A DNA stretch of 64,000 nt from an uncultured bacterium. GTDB lineage: Bacteria > Acidobacteriota > Thermoanaerobaculia > Multivoradales > JAHZIX01. This document shows, piece after piece, positions 44,046 to 64,000 of the stretch. The translations under genes and the position numbers were made by a program. Below the pieces are notes generated by a model. That model did no database searches. It had not been told where the DNA came from and was given only the letters and a program-made list of their open reading frames with translations. The stretch spans positions 1 to 64,000 of the forward strand of contig CBDUPA010000016.1 of assembly GCA_965368975.1 (NCBI GenBank), read 5' to 3'. Each line of letters begins with the position of its first letter. The first letter of the stretch is position 1.

Positions 44046-46968
44046 GGTCCGAGCTGGCGGTTTCGAAGCGGTGCAGCGCGATCTCGCGCTGATCGTCACT
44101 GGCCCGGATGCGCACGCTCGCTTGCCATTGCTCGTTGCCAGCCCACACGCGCAACTGGTAGTGCCCGGGGCTGAGCCGGCCCAGCGACAGGTGCCCGTCG
44201 TCCGAGAAGCGCATGGCGGAGGTGACGCCGGAGAGGTAGGGGGCGATGTCGACGCCGCCGGCCTGGCTGTACAGGGCGACGCCGCTGATGGCGACGCCGG
44301 AGCAGTCGCTCACGGCACAGCCGATGCGCCCGGAGGTGCCCTCGTCAAGAGCAATCCGCACCTCGGACTCGCCGCGCGCGGCATCGACCCGAATCGCCCG
44401 CGTGCCCGTCCCGGCAACGGCATCGGTCCAGGTGACGAAATACTCACCGGCGGGCAACTGCTCGAAGTGACGCCGACCGTAAGTGTCGGTCATGCCGGCG
44501 CGCACCAGCTGGCCGTCGGTGCCGAGCAGCGTCACCATGGTGCCGGAGGCAGCGCTGCCGTCCGTGCGTTCGAACAGGGTGTGCAGCGCACCGGCTTCGC
44601 TCTCTCCCAGCACCACGGTCACGGGGGCGGCTGCTTCGGCCAGGCCCACCGGAACGTCCGGCAATCTGACGGGAGAGAAGTCTTCCGCCTGCACGCGCAG
44701 ACCGTAGCTGCCGGCTTCGAGCGACGTCAGCGCGAAGGCGCCTTCGACGTCTGTGTGACCACTGTCGAGGCGCTGCCCGAGATCGTCGAGCAGGTGTACC
44801 TCGGCGTGCACGATCGGCAGACCGGAGGTGTCGAGTACGACGCCGTCGAGGTCGTGGCCGGCGAGGTCGATGCGCAGCTCGGCCGTATCCTCATCCGGGA
44901 TCAAGACGCGCCGCCGCACCGTCTGGCCGTCATAGCCGAAGAAGGTCAGTCGAGCCGGGCCGGTCGGCACGTCGTCGAGATACAGCCATCCCTCGGCGTC
45001 GACCTCACCGCTGATCTCGGTCGCCGCCAGGCCGTAGCCGTCGATGCCGTTGCCCAGGTGCGGGGCCGACACCACGACTTTGCCGCGCCGCGCCTCCGGG
45101 TCCAGCAACTCGGAGAGCAGGACGAAGCCGCCGTCGATCGGGATGCCACCGCGCGTGACGCGAGCCTCGAGGCGCACGCCGCCGAGCACCCAGGTCTTGC
45201 GCTGCGGCTCGAGCGACGCCGGGATGGCGATCTCCTGACTCAGGAGCTGGCGCAGTCCGTGTTGATAGCCGGCAATCTGGACTCTGTACAGCCCTGCCTC
45301 CAGCTGCACCGGCGGGACCCAGCCCTCGGCGTCCGTCAGGCGCTCCAGGATCGGCGTCAGCGCCGCGCGCTCCGGGTCGAACCAGCGCACCGAGACCCCG
45401 GCCAACGGCTCGCCCTGGCGGTCGACGACCTGGCCGTCGAAGGTGGCGCCAGGGCTGACGCTGCGCAAGCCCAGATCCTTGACCTCGTGCTGCGCCAGGT
45501 TGAAGCGTTCCAACGCCGGAGCGTGGCTGCTGTGGCGGGCGCGCAGTTCGTAGCGTCCCGGTGACAGCCCACCGAGCAGGAAGTGTCCGCGCGCGTCGGT
45601 GACCGCCTGGTAGCTCTGCTGCTGGCCGAGTTGCGCCAGGGCTGCAGTGCCCTGCGGCAATAACTCCACCAGGCTACCGGCGACCGGATGACCGTTGACT
45701 TGGTGGACCAAGGTGCCCCGCACGGCGGCGCCGAGGTCCAGGCCGACCACGCCCAAGTCGTAGACCTCGCGTGGCCCGACGTACACCTCGGGCAGGCGGA
45801 ACTCGCGGTAGTTCTTCGCGCCGATGGCGATCTGGTAGGTGCCGTCACTCGGCAGGTCGATACGGAAGGTTCCCTCGTGCGTCTCCACCTCTTGTCGCCA
45901 GGTGCGCTTGGAACCCGCGTCATGGACCTTGGTCAGCTTCAGTGTCACCGTTTCCAGCGGTGTGCTGTCCAGTGCCAGGGCCGTCCCCGTCAGCTGCTCG
46001 CCTGGCGTCAACCGCACCTCGACGTTGGCCGCGCGTCGCTTGTGGCGCACCGGTACCGAGCCCTGGCGGAAGCCGTGCGCCGTGACCGTCAGCTCGGCGG
46101 GCAGTGCAGCGACGGGCAGGACGAACGAGCCATCGGCCTGGCTCGAGGTCTCGGCACCCAGAGGTCCGCGTATCTTCGCATCGACCACGGCAGAACCGGT
46201 GTGATCGAGAATGCGACCTCGAATAGGTTGACCCGCAGGCAGCTCGAGCACGCTAGAAGCCTCCGTGCCCGGCTCGACCGCTTGCTGGTAGAGCGGTGCT
46301 CGTCCTTCTGCCAGCACCAGCACGTTCACCGGCCGCTCGGGCAGTCCGGCGAGGGAGAAGCGGCCCGCTTCGAAGTCTGTGCACCGCTCCCAGCTCTTCG
46401 ACGGCTGCCCGGCGGGTTGCGCGTCGGTGGTCGCGGGCTCGCTCCAGGAGGCACAAACCCGCCCGTGCAGCGGAGTCGGTGGTGGCGGTGCGGTCGCCTC
46501 CAGCTCGATGCGCCCTTCCCACGTGACGCCCCTGTAGAGGAAGATGGGCGTCGAGTCGGCGCCGGAGCGGTGTTGCACGAACGGCGCAAAGTCCGGGTGG
46601 TCGACGCGTACCACGAGGTCGTCGAGATGCGGCAGCGCGAAGTCCAGCCTTCCGTCTTCCAGCGTCTTGCCGGTCAGCTTGGCCTTGGTGTGGAGTTGGC
46701 TCAGCAGGTCGTGTCCCGCAATGGGAATGCGCACCTCCACGACGGCACCTTCTACCTGGCCCGTTGAACTCAGGACTTGCAGGCCGGCGAGCGTCGGAGC
46801 GCTACCGTATTCCTCTGGGGCTGGCTCCGGTTCCGGGGCTGGTTCTGGCGTTACCGGCAGCGCGGAAGCTGCCAACAGCGCCACAAGCAGCCCACGCCGC
46901 AGCCGGGCTCGCAGCGGGTGTCGCTGGCCGGTGCGTTTCGCCGGGAGTGTCGAGAGGGGACTAGGCAT
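43927..46968 (-). CDS. Large exported protein with multiple carboxypeptidase-regulatory-like (beta-sandwich) repeats
   Basis: Signal-like RLRRGLLVALLAASA. Repeated G.V.D..G.P..GA.V...TD..G.F.L..L..G.Y.L motifs. The start is placed at 46968 (overlapping the upstream stop); the ORF is open to 47247. Its 3' end overlaps hisIE. Confidence 0.75.
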   Translation of the reverse strand: MPSPLSTLPAKRTGQRHPLRARLRRGLLVALLAASALPVTPEPAPEPEPAPEEYGSAPTLAGLQVLSSTGQVEGAVVEVRIPIAGHDLLSQLHTKAKLTGKTLEDGRLDFALPHLDDLVVRVDHPDFAPFVQHRSGADSTPIFLYRGVTWEGRIELEATAPPPPTPLHGRVCASWSEPATTDAQPAGQPSKSWERCTDFEAGRFSLAGLPERPVNVLVLAEGRAPLYQQAVEPGTEASSVLELPAGQPIRGRILDHTGSAVVDAKIRGPLGAETSSQADGSFVLPVAALPAELTVTAHGFRQGSVPVRHKRRAANVEVRLTPGEQLTGTALALDSTPLETVTLKLTKVHDAGSKRTWRQEVETHEGTFRIDLPSDGTYQIAIGAKNYREFRLPEVYVGPREVYDLGVVGLDLGAAVRGTLVHQVNGHPVAGSLVELLPQGTAALAQLGQQQSYQAVTDARGHFLLGGLSPGRYELRARHSSHAPALERFNLAQHEVKDLGLRSVSPGATFDGQVVDRQGEPLAGVSVRWFDPERAALTPILERLTDAEGWVPPVQLEAGLYRVQIAGYQHGLRQLLSQEIAIPASLEPQRKTWVLGGVRLEARVTRGGIPIDGGFVLLSELLDPEARRGKVVVSAPHLGNGIDGYGLAATEISGEVDAEGWLYLDDVPTGPARLTFFGYDGQTVRRRVLIPDEDTAELRIDLAGHDLDGVVLDTSGLPIVHAEVHLLDDLGQRLDSGHTDVEGAFALTSLEAGSYGLRVQAEDFSPVRLPDVPVGLAEAAAPVTVVLGESEAGALHTLFERTDGSAASGTMVTLLGTDGQLVRAGMTDTYGRRHFEQLPAGEYFVTWTDAVAGTGTRAIRVDAARGESEVRIALDEGTSGRIGCAVSDCSGVAISGVALYSQAGGVDIAPYLSGVTSAMRFSDDGHLSLGRLSPGHYQLRVWAGNEQWQASVRIRASDDQREIALHRFETASSDLSASSAPRDAAVTATLPPPPRRPTHAAIPTSGTASLRPR

Positions 46969-47590
46969 CGGATTCGAGGGGTCGAGTGAACGACCTCGCC
47001 GAGCTGACCTCTTCATAGACATCGTCCTCTGATGCCGTCTGGGGGACGCTGCGTAGCAAGAGCAGGCGTCCGGGGTGGTCCCAGACTTCGATTCGTGGGT
47101 GGGGGCCCTCGACTCTAGCAGTTTCGAAATCTGCTGGCGAGACGTGGACCACATCGCCTGGAACAGTACTTCCGTACAGGGTCGATATCTCGGCTCCTCG
47201 GGGTAAGACCGTGTAGATCTTGATATCCGGATACTCTCGTTCGACACGCAGCAACGCCCGCGCGATCTGGAGCTCGTGGGGTGTGCAGTCTTGGAGCCGC
47301 GGGTGGAAGAAGACCGTCATGCGGTTCTGGGGGATCAAGGAACCGAGGGCGTGCGGCAACGAGTCGAGAGCTCGGGCAGCAAGTTGGCCCGCGCTGGGCT
47401 GGCCCGTGCTGGGCGGACTGGGCGATTCGGAGCGGGTGAGCAGGGCTCCCGCCTGGAAACTGCCCCAGGTCAGCAAGCCGAGCGCGGCGAGTCCCAACAG
47501 CCAGAGGCGGCCCGTCACCAGCTGCCGAGCCCCGCCAGAGGTAGCCCCGCTAGAAGTAGACGCGCTAGTTGCAGACCGGACCATCGCCAT
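46961..47590 (-). CDS. Hypothetical membrane-anchored protein, possibly thioredoxin-like fold
   Basis: TM LWLLGLAALGLLTWGSF. The pattern TVFFHPRLQDCTPH...helix...IYTV...PRIEVWD.PGRLL resembles a Trx fold but has one Cys only. Confidence 0.55.
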   Translation of the reverse strand: MAMVRSATSASTSSGATSGGARQLVTGRLWLLGLAALGLLTWGSFQAGALLTRSESPSPPSTGQPSAGQLAARALDSLPHALGSLIPQNRMTVFFHPRLQDCTPHELQIARALLRVEREYPDIKIYTVLPRGAEISTLYGSTVPGDVVHVSPADFETARVEGPHPRIEVWDHPGRLLLLRSVPQTASEDDVYEEVSSARSFTRPLESDA

Positions 47591-48767
47591 CCTCCCGGAG
47601 TGCTGGGTTGGTGGGATCTTCGACCCACGGCGTCGGCACCAAGACCATGCTCTTGATCTCGTGCTGCGCGACTTCGTTCACCGGTCCCTTCTCGATCAAA
47701 GCCCACTGCTGGCTGCCGGGTGCGAGCAGCAGATGCTCGGTCTGCGTCGGCAGGGTCAGGGAGCGGACCAGCTCGTCGGCCTCCGGATCGATCTGGTGGA
47801 GTCGCCATGTGGTCTTGTAGCCGTCCTCCGTGCGGAGTGGATCGCGGGTCAGCAGGTAGAGGTAAGCGCCGTGGCCGTAGAGGGCGACGGGGATGGACTG
47901 CCGCTGGACGAACTTCAGCCGTAGGGCGGTACCGAGTGCATTGCCTGGCGTGTTGGGGAGAGGTGTCAGCTTTTCGTAGCCGGCAGGGAAGACCTCCAAG
48001 GCTTGCACGGTTGGGGATAGCCGGTAGAGCTGGGATGGATTCCCGAAGACGAGGCCATAGATCTTGCCATCTGAGATCGCGGTTGAAGGGCCAGCCATCC
48101 GTTGATAACGGGCCTCGACGTCCATCGGGTCCTCCGAGAAGGCGACCGCAAGATCCAGGAACTCTGGACTCTCGCCCAGGGAGAAGCGTGCGAACCCAGT
48201 CTTGTCTTCTCCGTCAAGTTTCAGGTACGCCCTGGATACCAAGTGAGTACCGTTCCAGATCCGACCGACTGCCGATACATGTTCCAGGCGAGGAAACTGC
48301 TCGGCACTCAACCGCACCGAGCGCGTTCCCTGAAACTCGTTGTTCAACCAAATGGAGTGATTGCCGCTCTCGTGAATGACGAGGTCGCCGTTCGAGAAGC
48401 TCTGCACAACGTGTGGCCTGGTGAATTCATAGGGACCCAGACCAGGGTTGGCGATGAACTCCATGTATCGCCCGGTATCGTCGTAGACGAAGACCTTGCC
48501 CTCTAGTGGCCCAGCCACGAAGAGCCGCCCGTCGACGGACCAAGCCGCTGAGTAGGAAAAGCTAGGGCTCTGCTCCAGGGCGACGCGATGACACGGTAAA
48601 GCTGTGTCTTCCACTTCTGCAGTCAGGGCGGCTGCCTGATTCGGCAGGCCGAGCAGGAAGAAGCCGACCGTCGCAAGGCCCAAAGTAGACCTACGACGTG
48701 ACCCGAACCGCAAGTCAGAGGGTTGGTCCGGCTTGGGACCAGAGGCAGGAGCCTCGTTGGTGTCCAT
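47565..48767 (-). CDS. Exported 6-bladed/NHL-like beta-propeller protein
   Basis: Signal-like RRRSTLGLATVGFFLLGLPNQAAA. DGRLFVA...KVFVYDDTGRY...GLGPYEFTRP...NGDLVI carries the G.GP.EF..P propeller motif. Confidence 0.7.
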   Translation of the reverse strand: MDTNEAPASGPKPDQPSDLRFGSRRRSTLGLATVGFFLLGLPNQAAALTAEVEDTALPCHRVALEQSPSFSYSAAWSVDGRLFVAGPLEGKVFVYDDTGRYMEFIANPGLGPYEFTRPHVVQSFSNGDLVIHESGNHSIWLNNEFQGTRSVRLSAEQFPRLEHVSAVGRIWNGTHLVSRAYLKLDGEDKTGFARFSLGESPEFLDLAVAFSEDPMDVEARYQRMAGPSTAISDGKIYGLVFGNPSQLYRLSPTVQALEVFPAGYEKLTPLPNTPGNALGTALRLKFVQRQSIPVALYGHGAYLYLLTRDPLRTEDGYKTTWRLHQIDPEADELVRSLTLPTQTEHLLLAPGSQQWALIEKGPVNEVAQHEIKSMVLVPTPWVEDPTNPALREDGDGPVCN

Positions 48768-48782
48768 TCTCAAAAGCTGGAA

Positions 48783-49001
48783 TCAGGTCTGCTGCAGGGG
48801 GCCGCTTGGGCAAGCGATACTGACTCCCGAACAGTCGACGTGGCTGCCTCCGACACAGTCGAGGTTTCCATCGTCCCAAGTTCCTTCCCACTCGATCGTG
48901 GTGCAGCCTTGTTGGCTCTCGACTTGGGTGGGGACAAAGAAGAAGATGGCGGCCACGGCCACGACCAAGCCAACGAGGATGAGCTTGCGCGTTGTTTTCA
49001 T
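48783..49001 (-). CDS. Small secreted 4-Cys peptide (72 aa)
   Basis: AAGGAG RBS. Sec signal MKTTRKLILVGLVVAVAAIFFFVPTQVES, then QQGCTTIEWEGTWDDGNLDCVGGSHVDCSGVSIACPSGPLQQT. Confidence 0.75.
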   Translation of the reverse strand: MKTTRKLILVGLVVAVAAIFFFVPTQVESQQGCTTIEWEGTWDDGNLDCVGGSHVDCSGVSIACPSGPLQQT

Positions 49002-49051
49002 GAAGATGCTCCTTGTGTCAGGGCTCTTGGTGAAAGGAAAGAATTTCGACG

Positions 49052-49080
49052 ACGCTACCTTGTGAGATTGCTGTTGTCAA
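49052..49080 (-). promoter_or_regulatory. Sigma70-type promoter of the peptide/propeller cassette
   Basis: Minus strand TTGACA (49080-49075), 17 bp spacer, TAGCGT (49057-49052), in an AT-rich patch. Confidence 0.65.
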
Positions 49081-49133
49081 CTATTCAATTGTGATGCCAA
49101 GAATCGATGGGTGTGAGGCCCAGGTGGCACGAA

Positions 49134-64000
<14,867 letters not shown>

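Overview
High-GC bacterial DNA. The RpoA N-terminus (MLWKDFQRPKR) and the gene content suggest Acidobacteriota; this is an inference. From left to right the window holds: (1) the tail of a tandem array of at least three short double-glycine, RiPP-precursor-like peptide genes; (2) an AgcS-family amino-acid symporter and a stand-alone B12-binding-domain gene; (3) the str-S10-spc-alpha ribosomal superoperon (rpsL to rplQ), which lacks both tuf and rpsN; (4) a convergent EF-G2 paralogue; (5) a Ser/Thr kinase, an M16 peptidase pair, an M50 peptidase, PspC, a GT2, an acyltransferase, ligA and a DinB-family gene; (6) a hisZGDCBHAF(IE) operon preceded by a His6 leader peptide and mutually exclusive hairpins that look like a translational (SD-sequestering) attenuator; (7) a separately promoted four-gene cassette of secreted 4-Cys peptide, beta-propeller, thioredoxin-like membrane protein and large beta-sandwich repeat protein; and (8) the 3' ~15 kb of a giant NRPS that ends C-T-C-A(degenerate)-T without a thioesterase and carries in-frame GTAG-REP palindrome insertions. 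All calls come from reading motifs by eye; no database search was run.
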